Source: Acidobacteriota bacterium (GTDB taxonomy: Bacteria > Acidobacteriota > Blastocatellia > Pyrinomonadales > Pyrinomonadaceae). From it: a DNA stretch of 64,000 bases. The position numbers and the translations under genes were made by a program. Below the pieces are notes generated by a model. That model was not told the origin of the DNA. It saw only the letters and a list, made by a program, of their open reading frames with translations, and searched no databases. Of this stretch, positions 9,570 through 18,904 are shown one piece after another; within the stretch, counting starts at the first letter, position 1; every line of letters begins with the position of its first letter. Location of the stretch: positions 2,085 to 66,084 of the forward strand of contig JBKPPU010000273.1 in NCBI GenBank assembly GCA_046733695.1, in the 5' to 3' direction.

Positions 9570-10523
9570 TTAGAACCGATTGATGTATTCCGGCGACTCG
9601 ATGAAGCCGCGCACAATCGTGTTCTCGAGGAAGTCGGGATCGGCCGCCAACTTAAACCGCTCGTTGTGGAAAATGTAACCACACTGAGACGGGTTGGGAC
9701 TGCCCACGCAAATTTCCGGGTCACGTCGCAGGTAACCGAAGTATTCCATGGTTACGAACGCCGCCTTGTAGAACTTGTCATTGACCTGGGTACTCTCAGC
9801 GATATTGCGCAATACCTGAGCTCGCGTCTTGGCAGCCGTATTCAAGTCCGTAACCAGTTGAGCCTGGTTCGGAATGGTCACTCCTGCCGTGTCTACGAGT
9901 TTCTGCACGAAAGCCGTGTTCGACAGCGGATCGTAAATGGCCTTGATTTCGGGCCGCTGCATCCAGGCGTCAGTCAGCTGGACCTTCTTTTGCTCGCCTA
10001 GCACCGGATCGTCATCCGGCACTGAAATCGCCGCCAGGTCAGTCATAAATTCCGCGTAGTGAGGCCTGTCGATCTTGGTCGGATCGCCAAGCTCAGCCAC
10101 CGTTGCCGGTCGCTGTCCCAAAGACGTCATGTAAAGGTACATCACGTATGAACCTTTGCGCTGGAACTCTGGCGAACGGAAGAAATTGGCCGAGAGCGCA
10201 CCCCTCGTAAACTTGATGCACTCGATATCGGTTTGCACGCATCCGTTCAGGATATTGAGATAGAACTGCAACCCGGCCGGCTCGGGAAAGCGCCGTAAGA
10301 AATCGATGTACTGCTGAGATATGAAAAAATCATAGTCAGCAATGGTAATCACTGTATTGGTTCCGGGTCTCAGTCTCAGCGGTTTGACCTTGATATCACC
10401 ATAAAACAGCTCCGACGGGAGTCCCGGTGTTTCGGTAACGATTCTCAATGTCGGCGGTGACTGGGCAAAACCGATGGCGGAAACGACAAGCATCAGGAAT
10501 GATGCGGCTAAGAACTTTTTCAT
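9570..10523 (-). CDS. Secreted DUF4214 domain-containing protein
   Basis: Signal peptide MKKFLAASFLMLVVSAIGFAQ, preceded by GGAG. Has the DUF4214-like segment FISQQYIDFLRRFPEPAGLQFYLNIL. The start was moved from 10652 to 10523. Confidence 0.65.
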   Translation of the reverse strand: MKKFLAASFLMLVVSAIGFAQSPPTLRIVTETPGLPSELFYGDIKVKPLRLRPGTNTVITIADYDFFISQQYIDFLRRFPEPAGLQFYLNILNGCVQTDIECIKFTRGALSANFFRSPEFQRKGSYVMYLYMTSLGQRPATVAELGDPTKIDRPHYAEFMTDLAAISVPDDDPVLGEQKKVQLTDAWMQRPEIKAIYDPLSNTAFVQKLVDTAGVTIPNQAQLVTDLNTAAKTRAQVLRNIAESTQVNDKFYKAAFVTMEYFGYLRRDPEICVGSPNPSQCGYIFHNERFKLAADPDFLENTIVRGFIESPEYINRF

Positions 10524-10755
10524 ATTCAACTCCAACCCTGGGGAACCTGGGGATCGGTTCTGATTTAGGAATGAGGCTAGGCGTGCCTTCTGGCCGCTTG
10601 ACCAGAAACTATACTTGCGCCCTAACCTTCTGTCAACACTGTTTAGCTTCACCGTCTTTTAGTAACCTAACACGACTAATGACCCGGAAATTTGCCTTTT
10701 GATGCTTTATTCCGGGCCACGGCCGAAAAATATTTGCCCCGGGCTATTCGACCCG

Positions 10756-12567
10756 TCAAAGAATCCTGAACGTTGCCGTATTGCTAGTCACGCTCTGTGA
10801 AATCACCTTGACCCTGACGGTGCCCGACGACAGACCGTTCGGCAGCCGGAAAGTGACCTGACTGAACTGCAAATCAGTGAACTCGTGCACGTCAATCGGT
10901 GTCAGGTCAAACGAGTTGTTGTTACTGTCGAGCAGATTGACCGTCAACGTCTGTGATGGCAAATTCGCCACAAAAATCACCACTCTCGTGTTTGTATCAC
11001 CCGCCGGAAGAAACAGGTTGGCGCTATTGAACACGAGAAACGGATCCCTGATGTGGAGAATGGAATCGAAAATAGCTGCCTGATCCGCCACCGGCCCCGA
11101 TTGCTCGAGAAGAATCTGAGGTGGCGTCGCAGACACACTACAGTTGCTCTGGGTCCAGTTCAGCTTGATGGTGCCACTATCTCCACCATCGCCGCCGTCG
11201 AACCCGTCTACGGCGATTTGGTAAATGGTATTAGCGGTCGCATTGAACGTGACGATACTGGTCTGCACGACTCCAGGGACTACGTCATCGTGCTTCGCAA
11301 TGGCAGTCAGACTATTGACTGCTGAACCCGTGTAAACGGCGAGCGCGGTGTCGTAGTTACTTCCCGAGGTGTCGATGGTGACACTGGCGCTGACTGGTGC
11401 CTGCCATCGATACCACACCGAATGAGTGCCGCCAGTGCCGTCATCTAAATGATTCGGCTCTCCGGCTTCGTGAGTCGAGCCCACGTTAGTGCCGTTCACC
11501 GATCCCGTACAGCCTGCGATCACCTGCGCGGACGCGAAATTGTCGTTAGCTGGTGGCGAAGGCGTCGGTGTTGGTGAAGGTCCGGGGCCGGCGTTCCAGC
11601 CAAGATCGACCAACAGCGATAACGTCAGATCCTGTGGAGTCGAGACGTTGTGCGTCAGACTGTTGCTGATGTTCGGCTCCATCAATTGATTCGGTGAAAG
11701 ACTCGTATCGAAGTGAGAAACTGACGACCCCGCTTCAACGGGATTAGGTGTATAGAGTCGTGCGTGATTCTGGCCGTCAAAACCATTACTTAAAACACCG
11801 GGCACGGCAGTTGTTACCGTAGAGCCTATCCAAACCAGATTACGAAAGTTGATGGCGGAAGCTATTCGTTCACTGTTACTCATATCCGGCCAGAGTTTGC
11901 CGGTTGTGTTGTCCTTGAGGAACCGGTCGTAAATGGTGGGCGATCCGGACGGCTGCACGCCAGTCATCTCATCCGTGAATGACGAAAAGCCAAGGCCGTG
12001 TCCAAACTCGTGCAAGGCTACAGTGACGAGATCGACGCCAAAGCTACCGTGATTGTTATCAAGTCCGTAGTACCAGGATCTGCTGGATAGACAGCCCACC
12101 TCGCCGATGCGACTGTTGAACACTGCGTCTATCTCGACAGTCAGGCCATTCCGATCGGTTCCGGAAAGCGCATTCGCAAGCGCCAGTGGGTACCAGGTAT
12201 TGGGAAAAGCGCCGGGAAAGTTTCTTGTTCCGCTATGGCTACCGGCGGATGCGAGTGTGGCTCCTGTGTCCTCGCACGGCAAACTACTAGACCACGTTGC
12301 GCCAATCACGATCGTGGTATTGCTTGTCAGAACCTGGCCCCAGATATTCGCGGCCGCCTGAGCAGCAATTAGTCGCTGCTGTCCCAACGTCGTGCCGTTG
12401 TTTCCTCCAACTGGAGAAACGGCAGTCGCGTCGTTGAAACCAACGCCTGGGCCATCGTTATTTTTAACGGTGATTGTTACCGCACCAAAAGCGGAAGACG
12501 AAAAAAGAAGAATGGTCGCAAACGCGAACAGGAACACACGCCGGCTGGTAAGAAAATGCATATTCAT
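10756..12567 (-). CDS. Secreted zinc metalloprotease with C-terminal beta-rich (PPC/Ig-like) domains
   Basis: Signal peptide, zinc motif VALHEFGHGLGF, a Pro/Thr/Ser linker (GPGPSPTPTPSPP), and pre-peptidase-C-like modules. Confidence 0.7.
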   Translation of the reverse strand: MNMHFLTSRRVFLFAFATILLFSSSAFGAVTITVKNNDGPGVGFNDATAVSPVGGNNGTTLGQQRLIAAQAAANIWGQVLTSNTTIVIGATWSSSLPCEDTGATLASAGSHSGTRNFPGAFPNTWYPLALANALSGTDRNGLTVEIDAVFNSRIGEVGCLSSRSWYYGLDNNHGSFGVDLVTVALHEFGHGLGFSSFTDEMTGVQPSGSPTIYDRFLKDNTTGKLWPDMSNSERIASAINFRNLVWIGSTVTTAVPGVLSNGFDGQNHARLYTPNPVEAGSSVSHFDTSLSPNQLMEPNISNSLTHNVSTPQDLTLSLLVDLGWNAGPGPSPTPTPSPPANDNFASAQVIAGCTGSVNGTNVGSTHEAGEPNHLDDGTGGTHSVWYRWQAPVSASVTIDTSGSNYDTALAVYTGSAVNSLTAIAKHDDVVPGVVQTSIVTFNATANTIYQIAVDGFDGGDGGDSGTIKLNWTQSNCSVSATPPQILLEQSGPVADQAAIFDSILHIRDPFLVFNSANLFLPAGDTNTRVVIFVANLPSQTLTVNLLDSNNNSFDLTPIDVHEFTDLQFSQVTFRLPNGLSSGTVRVKVISQSVTSNTATFRIL

Positions 12568-12573
12568 TGGCGT

Positions 12574-13122
12574 CTAGTTCCTCTGTCGCGTTTTCTGGTT
12601 TTGTTTTGTGGCGCCGGGCGTATCGTCAATGCCGAAAAGCTTCGGATCAATTCCCATGGCCGATGCCGCCTGCCGAGGAGTGTCGACGCACGACGTTGAT
12701 AGCGAGCCATCCTCGCGCTCACGAGCGACTACGACGTGGCGAAAGCGGCCTTCGAGATCCATGGTCGTTGAACCGTCGGCGTTCTGAACTTCGGTGAGTC
12801 CTTCCGCCGATTTATTCAGCATTTTCTTGAGTCCCGCGGCTAGCGCCTGAGCTTCCTGCTGAGTGAGCGGTTTCAGCTTTCCCGTTTGGGGATCAACCTG
12901 AACGTCCTGGCCCGCGACCTTGACGGTCCTGTAACTCTTACTACTCGAATCTCTCAACGCGTTGGGACTCCCTGGCTGGCTTTGTTTCCCGGCCACTAAC
13001 TGCCTGGAGACAGCCGATATTGCTCCGATAACTACGACAACCAGAGCCAGGGCGATTAATGCGGGCATACGCCGCGCACTCGTCGCAGTATCATTCTTCT
13101 TTGTTTTCTTACGCTTTTTCAT
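12574..13122 (-). CDS. Hypothetical membrane-anchored protein
   Basis: MKKRKKTKKND... followed by one TM helix (PALIALALVVVVIGAISAV). ATG 13122 is preceded by GAGG. No recognisable domain. Confidence 0.5.
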   Translation of the reverse strand: MKKRKKTKKNDTATSARRMPALIALALVVVVIGAISAVSRQLVAGKQSQPGSPNALRDSSSKSYRTVKVAGQDVQVDPQTGKLKPLTQQEAQALAAGLKKMLNKSAEGLTEVQNADGSTTMDLEGRFRHVVVAREREDGSLSTSCVDTPRQAASAMGIDPKLFGIDDTPGATKQNQKTRQRN

Positions 13123-13283
13123 TCGTCCCTCTTCGTTGGTGATTGACCCCAATACGGGAGTCGGGAGACCAGGATTACTTCTCTTTGATGCTGGGCCTTC
13201 AGGTGAAGCCGATCTTTGAGGCAAAGGCAACCGTCTTGGTTGCCCGGTTATTATGGCGCGCGATGCGGCAATCGTTCAAGTCG

Positions 13284-13355
13284 AATCATGTAAATCCTGT
13301 ACATCCTGCAATCCTGTCTAAAATGGGGACATGATTGCAGGATTAAGGATTTACA
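13284..13355. repeat. Family C repeat (aatcctg/caggatt heptamer array, imperfect hairpin)
   Basis: aatcatgtaaatcctgtacatcctgcaatcctgtctaaaa ... attgcaggattaaggatttaca. The 17-mer aatcatgtaaatcctgt is identical to 59633-59649. Confidence 0.8.
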
Positions 13356-13362
13356 AAGATGG

Positions 13363-15855
13363 TTACCGGGCGCGTTGGCCGATCTGTTCGGTGCCGAAGC
13401 TGCCGATGCCGTTCAGTCGAAACGCAAAAACGACACGATTCTCTTTTCGCAGGCCCACGTTGAAACTCGAAAACTGCGCCGTTGCCGCACAACAATCCCA
13501 CGCATGTCCGAGCGTTATCGTCGAACTGATGAGCGAGTTGTCGCCTCTGCCCGGCCGCTTCTGAAAGTCGAAAAAGAAGGACGCTCCACCGTACCAGCCG
13601 CGATCGCGATTGCCGATAAACGCCGATGGACTCCACTGCGATCCCCGCACTGTGCCCGCCTCGAAACCACGCGGATCGGCAAACTGCGCGAGGTCAGGTG
13701 TGAGCTGGATCGCACGCGTGTAGTAGAAACTCTGGAAGATCTCGACGATCGACTTTTGTAATCCGAACGTCGTCGATAGCGAGCGCATCTCGAGACTGCG
13801 TGAATCGATGTCGGTCCGAAAATCCACGAAGAGATGTCTTCGCGGGCGATAACGCGCATCGATGTTGACGGGCGAGAAGCGTCGCGGCACGCCGCCGTAC
13901 ACAAACCCCGAAAGCGTATTGATCGGATAAAACTGATTGCGTTGATTCGTCAGCAACGCGCCGCCAAAGAACGGGTCGAAAAAGTATTTCCCGCGCAGCG
14001 TTATCGTCAACGCTTCGTACGGCTGGCTCGACAGCAACGGTTTGCCCTCGTCGTCCATTTCTTTTACAGGCACGTCACTCACGTTTTCAGTCGAGCGTCG
14101 CGTGAAGAAACGGTTGGCGATACCGAATTCGATCTCGTTTGTGTCGGCAATGGCGTCGATGTAATCAAATCGAATAATGCGATCGAAGTTGTTAATGCCC
14201 GCCAGCCTTCGATACGTCACGTACGGCTCGATCACGTGACGGAAAAGGAAATTGCCACCACGTCGAAAGTCCCTCGCAAACGCGGGCGGTCGCACGTCGA
14301 GTTCAAACTCTCCGTAAGACCGCGTCAGGTTGCGGCTCAAAACATCACGCGTGTTCGGATCGAGTGAGTTGGAATAGAAGGTTACTCGTCCCGCGCCCGA
14401 AGCCGTAATATTCCAGCCGGCAAAGCTCAGCGGTAACTCGAATCGCGGATGCAGATCGAGTCGCTGCACGATCGAGGGCGTGATAATCGCATTGCCCCCG
14501 ACGTCACTCACAAACTGCACCGCGTCTTCAACAGTCTCTTTCCGGCTCACACCGTCGGCAGAACCACTGAAAGAAAAATACAGGGGCAGCTTCTTGAAGA
14601 AACTCACAATGGCGGGACGCTTGTCGATGCTGATACTCGGCAACTGGCGGATACGAATACGTGCCGCCGCGAGCGACGTTACCTGCGTGCGTGCGAGAAA
14701 GTTAAAGCTGTACTCGTTGTAGTCCTTGTTTATGAAAACCTGTGAAGTCTCTTCCGGCGAGATGGCTTGTTGAATGTTGTCGGAGAACACCTGCCGGAAA
14801 GCGAGGTTCGAAGTGATGTTTACGTCTGCTACCGCTATGAAACCGTTTTTGAAGTAATGAACGCCGTCTACATAAAGACTCGAACCACCTTGATCCGGAT
14901 GAGCGTCATCGGCGGATGGACCAAAGATGCGATCCTTGACGGCGTAGAATCCGACGTTGAGATAGGAGCGCGAGTTGGCACGCGTGCGCAGGTCACCGCC
15001 GAAACCAAGGCCACGCTGCGTATAGATGTCGTTTCGGAAGGTGAAATCGGCCGAACGACCGAGGGTTAAATAGTAGCCGTTCGATAAACGAAGGCCCTTC
15101 GCGCCCGAACCCCCAAACGTCGGCGTCAAAAACCCCGAAGCGCGATCGCGAGTCTTAATTGAAACTGAAGCATACGGCAGGAAGAAGACGGGAACGTTTT
15201 TCAGCTTCAGCTTTGGTCCATAGACGTAAACGCGGTCTCCGGTTTTGATTCGCGTCTTGCTCGCGTGAAAACTCCACTTGGGAACGTCTTCGTCACAGGC
15301 AGTTACCTGAACGTTCGTCGCGATGATCGTGTCGAGACTGATCTTCTCGACGCGATCCGCAGTGAAATAAATGCGCGTACCGTCCTGAGTCTGATTTGTA
15401 TAACCGGTGGAGTCGACGAAGTAACCGGTCTTAGTGCGATAGTTCCACTCGCCACGCGATCCCGTGATGCGCTGCTGGTCCGCCTGATCGAAAACGACGT
15501 TACCTTCCGCGACTGCTCTGTTTTCGGCGGTGTAAACGGTGACCTTGTCTGCCTGCAAACGGTAAGTGCCGATGCGAATGTCGACGTTGCCTTCGTAGAC
15601 GACGACGCGCGCGTCCTCAGGGCCGGAACCGTTCTCCTTCGCAGCCGCAACCTTGATCTCGTCGGTAGCGACGCCCTGCACGCCACCTTGCGTCCGGCGC
15701 GGACGCTGCACGGGTTGATCCGTATTAAGAGGATTGACGTTGGGAGTATCCGTCATCGGATTCGCGACTTTGCGATCGACCGGATTGGTTTGCTGCGCGA
15801 ATACAAACTGGCAAGCAAATAGGAGAGTTATGATAGCCAGTAGATAACGGATCAT
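13363..15855 (-). CDS. lptD: LPS-assembly outer membrane protein LptD (OstA family)
   Basis: Signal peptide MIRYLLAIITLLFACQFVFAQ, an OstA-like N-terminal domain (ADKVTVYTAENRAVAEGNVVFDQ...), and a large beta-barrel-like C-terminus. The ORF-track 5' extension to 15957 is encoded by a family B repeat and was rejected. Confidence 0.8.
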   Translation of the reverse strand: MIRYLLAIITLLFACQFVFAQQTNPVDRKVANPMTDTPNVNPLNTDQPVQRPRRTQGGVQGVATDEIKVAAAKENGSGPEDARVVVYEGNVDIRIGTYRLQADKVTVYTAENRAVAEGNVVFDQADQQRITGSRGEWNYRTKTGYFVDSTGYTNQTQDGTRIYFTADRVEKISLDTIIATNVQVTACDEDVPKWSFHASKTRIKTGDRVYVYGPKLKLKNVPVFFLPYASVSIKTRDRASGFLTPTFGGSGAKGLRLSNGYYLTLGRSADFTFRNDIYTQRGLGFGGDLRTRANSRSYLNVGFYAVKDRIFGPSADDAHPDQGGSSLYVDGVHYFKNGFIAVADVNITSNLAFRQVFSDNIQQAISPEETSQVFINKDYNEYSFNFLARTQVTSLAAARIRIRQLPSISIDKRPAIVSFFKKLPLYFSFSGSADGVSRKETVEDAVQFVSDVGGNAIITPSIVQRLDLHPRFELPLSFAGWNITASGAGRVTFYSNSLDPNTRDVLSRNLTRSYGEFELDVRPPAFARDFRRGGNFLFRHVIEPYVTYRRLAGINNFDRIIRFDYIDAIADTNEIEFGIANRFFTRRSTENVSDVPVKEMDDEGKPLLSSQPYEALTITLRGKYFFDPFFGGALLTNQRNQFYPINTLSGFVYGGVPRRFSPVNIDARYRPRRHLFVDFRTDIDSRSLEMRSLSTTFGLQKSIVEIFQSFYYTRAIQLTPDLAQFADPRGFEAGTVRGSQWSPSAFIGNRDRGWYGGASFFFDFQKRPGRGDNSLISSTITLGHAWDCCAATAQFSSFNVGLRKENRVVFAFRLNGIGSFGTEQIGQRAR

Positions 15856-15892
15856 ATTTATGTGGCGCGTGGATGCTAGCACGAAAATGGAA

Positions 15893-15920
15893 TAGGTCCT
15901 ATAAGTCGTATATGACCTAT
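15893..15920. repeat. Family B repeat (taggtcctata... element)
   Basis: taggtcctataagtcgtatatgacctat. Related copies lie at 17062-17090 and 48767-48795. Confidence 0.75.
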
Positions 15921-15940
15921 GGTCTGGTATCATCCGCGCC

Positions 15941-17065
15941 GTGTGCAAGCGACACAAACTGATGATCGTTGCCGGTGAGCCGTCGGGTGATGCTCACGCT
16001 GCAGCGCTTGTCAAAGCGCTTCGTGAACGCGGCGAATTTGATCTCTTCGGCGCGACCGGGCCGTTGATGCGTGAGGCCGGTGTCGAGACAATCGTCAACT
16101 CGGACGAACTCGCGATCATGGGAATCGTCGAGGTCGGGCGCGTCTTCCAAAAATTCATCAAAGCGTTTCGCAAACTCAAAGCTGCAGCAATCGAACAATC
16201 GCCAGATGCAGTTGTCCTCGTTGACTGGCCGGAATTCAATCTTCGACTGGCGTCGAGTCTGCATCGTCGCGGCTTGAAGGTGATCTATTACATCAGTCCT
16301 CAACTTTGGGCGTGGCGCCCGCGCCGGATTCGCAACATCAAACGCGACGTAGATCTGCTGTTGTCGATCCTGCCGTTTGAAGCTGATTGGTACAAAGCGC
16401 GAGGCGTGGACCACGTCGAATTTGTCGGACATCCCTTATCAGGAGAAGTGAAAGCGCGTTTTGGACGCGAGGAGTTTTGCCGTCGCAACGATCTCGATCC
16501 GGCGCGGCCGATTGTTTCTTTCCTGCCAGGCAGCAGGATAAAGGAATTGGAGCGAATTCTGCCGCCGATGCTCGCGGCGATCGATCAACTTCGCGCGATA
16601 CGACCTGACGTCCAGCCAATTGTTGTGGTCGCTCCGAGCCGCAGCATCAGAGAGGTTCGAGAGAGTATGGCGACCAACGTCAAACTAATCGAACAACAAA
16701 CTCGCGAAGCACTCGCGGCTTGCGACGTGGCGGCAGTCGCCAGTGGCACTGCGACACTCGAAGCAGCGCTACTCGAAACGCCGATGGTGGTTGTTTACAA
16801 AGAGTCGCCAATCAACTGGCACACGCTCGGGCGTTTGATCACCGTGGAGCATTACGGCCTGGTAAACCTCGTGGCGGAACGAGAGATTGCGAAAGAACTG
16901 ATGCAGGATGAACTCACGGGTGAGAACCTGGCGAACGAACTGCTCCAGTTGCTCGAACCCAAAATTAATAAAGGAATGCGGGAGAGTTTGCGCGATGTGG
17001 CCCATCGGTTGGGTGAACCTGGCGCCTCTCAGCGAGCCGCAGCGCAGATCCTTAAGTTGGTATAG
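15941..17065 (+). CDS. lpxB: Lipid-A-disaccharide synthase
   Basis: LMIVAGEPSGDAHAAALVKAL opening and overall LpxB-like sequence. The start is either GTG 15941 or ATG 15962. Confidence 0.9.
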   Translation: MCKRHKLMIVAGEPSGDAHAAALVKALRERGEFDLFGATGPLMREAGVETIVNSDELAIMGIVEVGRVFQKFIKAFRKLKAAAIEQSPDAVVLVDWPEFNLRLASSLHRRGLKVIYYISPQLWAWRPRRIRNIKRDVDLLLSILPFEADWYKARGVDHVEFVGHPLSGEVKARFGREEFCRRNDLDPARPIVSFLPGSRIKELERILPPMLAAIDQLRAIRPDVQPIVVVAPSRSIREVRESMATNVKLIEQQTREALAACDVAAVASGTATLEAALLETPMVVVYKESPINWHTLGRLITVEHYGLVNLVAEREIAKELMQDELTGENLANELLQLLEPKINKGMRESLRDVAHRLGEPGASQRAAAQILKLV

Positions 17066-17090
17066 GTCCTATAGGACATATACGACCTAT
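17062..17090. repeat. Family B repeat containing the 12-bp palindrome gtcctataggac
   Basis: ataggtcctataggacatatacgacctat, between convergent lpxB and lpxD. Confidence 0.75.
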
Positions 17091-18109
17091 ATCTTCTTCT
17101 TCAGCTCTTCAATCTCCGCATTAAGGCGCTTGATCTCCTCGTGCATCTGCGGCAGGCGGTTCATGTGAGCGTTCATGCGTTTGTATTGATCGAGCGGCTG
17201 CACGGGAATTCCCCACCAAACGCCTGGTCGCACGATCTTGCCCGGTAAGATTCCGGCTTTCGATCCGATCACAGCGCCCTTCTGCACTCGCGTGTGATCT
17301 CCAAAACCGACCTGCCCGCCAATCACTGCATCGTCTTCAATCACCACACTGCCGCTAATCCCTGTTTGCGCCGCAATCACGACACGCTCGCCGATGTCGC
17401 AGTTGTGACCAACGTGGACCATATTGTCGAGCTTCGTGCCACGACCGATTCGCGTTCGTCCGAGCGCGGCGCGATCCACACAACTGTATGCGCCAATGTC
17501 GACGTCGTCTTCGATCACCACCGTTCCGACCTGCGGAAACTTCTGATAACCGAGTTCGTGCCGCACGTATCCAAACCCATCCGCGCCAAGACAAACTCCC
17601 GCGTGCAATATCACACGAGTTCCAATCGACACGCCGTCGTACAGAACAACGTTGGGATGCAGCACACAATCATCGCCAACCGTCACATTCGCGCCCAAAA
17701 CCACACCCGGTTCGAGCCTCGTATAACCGCCCACATGCGTGTGCTCACCGACGCAAACATTTGGACCAACATATGCGGTGAGCGCAATGTCGGCAGTTTC
17801 AGCAACAACCGCCGTCGGATGAATTGTTGGTTCGCGACGCACCGCCGGATAAAGCGCAGCGCCCACCAAAGCAAACGCAAGCTTCGGATTGGCAACGACG
17901 ATCAACGTTCGATCCGCGAACTCAACGCCATCGCGCACAATCAAGCACGACGCTTTACTCTCCGCGGCCGCGTCAAACAACTTCTCATTGTCGACGTACG
18001 CAATCTCGCCCTCACGCGCCTGGTCCAGATCGGCAATCCGTTCGATCCGCGTTCCCGCGTCGCCAACCACACGACCACTCACGACACTAGCGAGTTCCTG
18101 TACTCTCAT
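17087..18109 (-). CDS. lpxD: UDP-3-O-acylglucosamine N-acyltransferase
   Basis: 340 aa with left-handed beta-helix hexapeptide repeats and an LpxD-like N-terminal domain (LASVVSGRVVGD...IERIADLDQAREGEIAYV). Its start overlaps the lpxA stop in an ATGA. Confidence 0.9.
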   Translation of the reverse strand: MRVQELASVVSGRVVGDAGTRIERIADLDQAREGEIAYVDNEKLFDAAAESKASCLIVRDGVEFADRTLIVVANPKLAFALVGAALYPAVRREPTIHPTAVVAETADIALTAYVGPNVCVGEHTHVGGYTRLEPGVVLGANVTVGDDCVLHPNVVLYDGVSIGTRVILHAGVCLGADGFGYVRHELGYQKFPQVGTVVIEDDVDIGAYSCVDRAALGRTRIGRGTKLDNMVHVGHNCDIGERVVIAAQTGISGSVVIEDDAVIGGQVGFGDHTRVQKGAVIGSKAGILPGKIVRPGVWWGIPVQPLDQYKRMNAHMNRLPQMHEEIKRLNAEIEELKKKI

Positions 18110-18825
18110 CTTTCAGCTCTCACGAATCCGCGCTTAGAGCCACGAATGAAATTCACCAGGTGGACCACATGCTCGTCTTCAAGCTCGTCGAGCGTTTGCA
18201 AAGCATTCTGAAGCGGCAATGCCGATCGAAACAGAATGCGATACGCATCCTTCAACGCGCGTCTCTCGTCTTCATTGAAGCCACTGCGTCGCAACCCGAC
18301 ACTATTGACACCACGCACGCGCGGCGGATTACCGTCAGTGATAAAAAACGGTAACACATCCTGCACGATCTTTGACTTCCCGCCAATCATTGCATGACGG
18401 CCCATGCGCACAAATTGGTGCGCGCCAACACCGTTGGAAAGAAAAACGTGATCCTCGATCGTGATGTGACCAGCCAGCGCCACTTCGTTCGCAAAGATAT
18501 TATCGTCGCCAATGACGCAGTTGTGCGCGACGTGTACTCCCACCATGAAAAAGTTGCGCGAACCTACGCGAGTCGTCTCTCCTTCTCCATTGGCCCGGTG
18601 AAGCGTGCAAAACTCCCGAACGATATTGTCGTCCCCGATCTCGAGGTAGCTCGTCTCGCCTTTAAACTTCACATCCTGTGGCTCGCCGCCAATAACCGCG
18701 TGCTCGAAGATGCGATTCCGGGCACCGAGACGCGTAAATCGCTTGATAACGGAATAAGCCCCGATCTCGCAATTCGGGCCGATTTCGACGTGATCCTCGA
18801 TGATGGCGGTGGGGTGAATTGACAT
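18106..18825 (-). CDS. lpxA: Acyl-ACP--UDP-N-acetylglucosamine O-acyltransferase
   Basis: MSIHPTAIIEDHVEIGPNCEIG... hexapeptide repeats, plus an LpxA-type C-terminal helical domain (GLRRSGFNEDERRALKDAYRILFRS). Confidence 0.9.
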   Translation of the reverse strand: MSIHPTAIIEDHVEIGPNCEIGAYSVIKRFTRLGARNRIFEHAVIGGEPQDVKFKGETSYLEIGDDNIVREFCTLHRANGEGETTRVGSRNFFMVGVHVAHNCVIGDDNIFANEVALAGHITIEDHVFLSNGVGAHQFVRMGRHAMIGGKSKIVQDVLPFFITDGNPPRVRGVNSVGLRRSGFNEDERRALKDAYRILFRSALPLQNALQTLDELEDEHVVHLVNFIRGSKRGFVRAER

Positions 18826-18828
18826 TTC

Positions 18829-18904
18829 TTTACAGTATTTCCTGAATTTACAAGATTTTCAGGATAATCGCGTCTTGTGGATCCTGCAAATCCTGTTTAT
18901 CATG
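18829..18904. repeat. Family C repeat filling the lpxA / radical SAM divergent intergenic region
   Basis: ...caagattttcaggat...ggatcctgcaaatcctgtttatca. It shares the caagattNtNagga and aatcctgt motifs with 21627-21698 and 59587-59654. Confidence 0.75.

Noticed and set aside
15856-15957. 5' extension of lptD given in the ORF track (start 15957).
   Set aside because: The extension is translated from the family B repeat (RSYTTYRTYS) and overlaps lpxB. The internal ATG at 15855 gives a canonical signal peptide.
17294-18211. 305-aa plus-strand ORF opposite lpxD. Similar long antisense ORFs lie at 13834-14367, 15265-15822, 19804-20394, 36015-36932, 43809-44399, 54867-55658 and 57305-58243.
   Set aside because: Each lies entirely inside a well-supported gene on the other strand. 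Their composition is Arg/Ser/His/Thr-rich and low-complexity, typical of antisense frames in GC-rich coding DNA. None has motifs or a ribosome-binding site.
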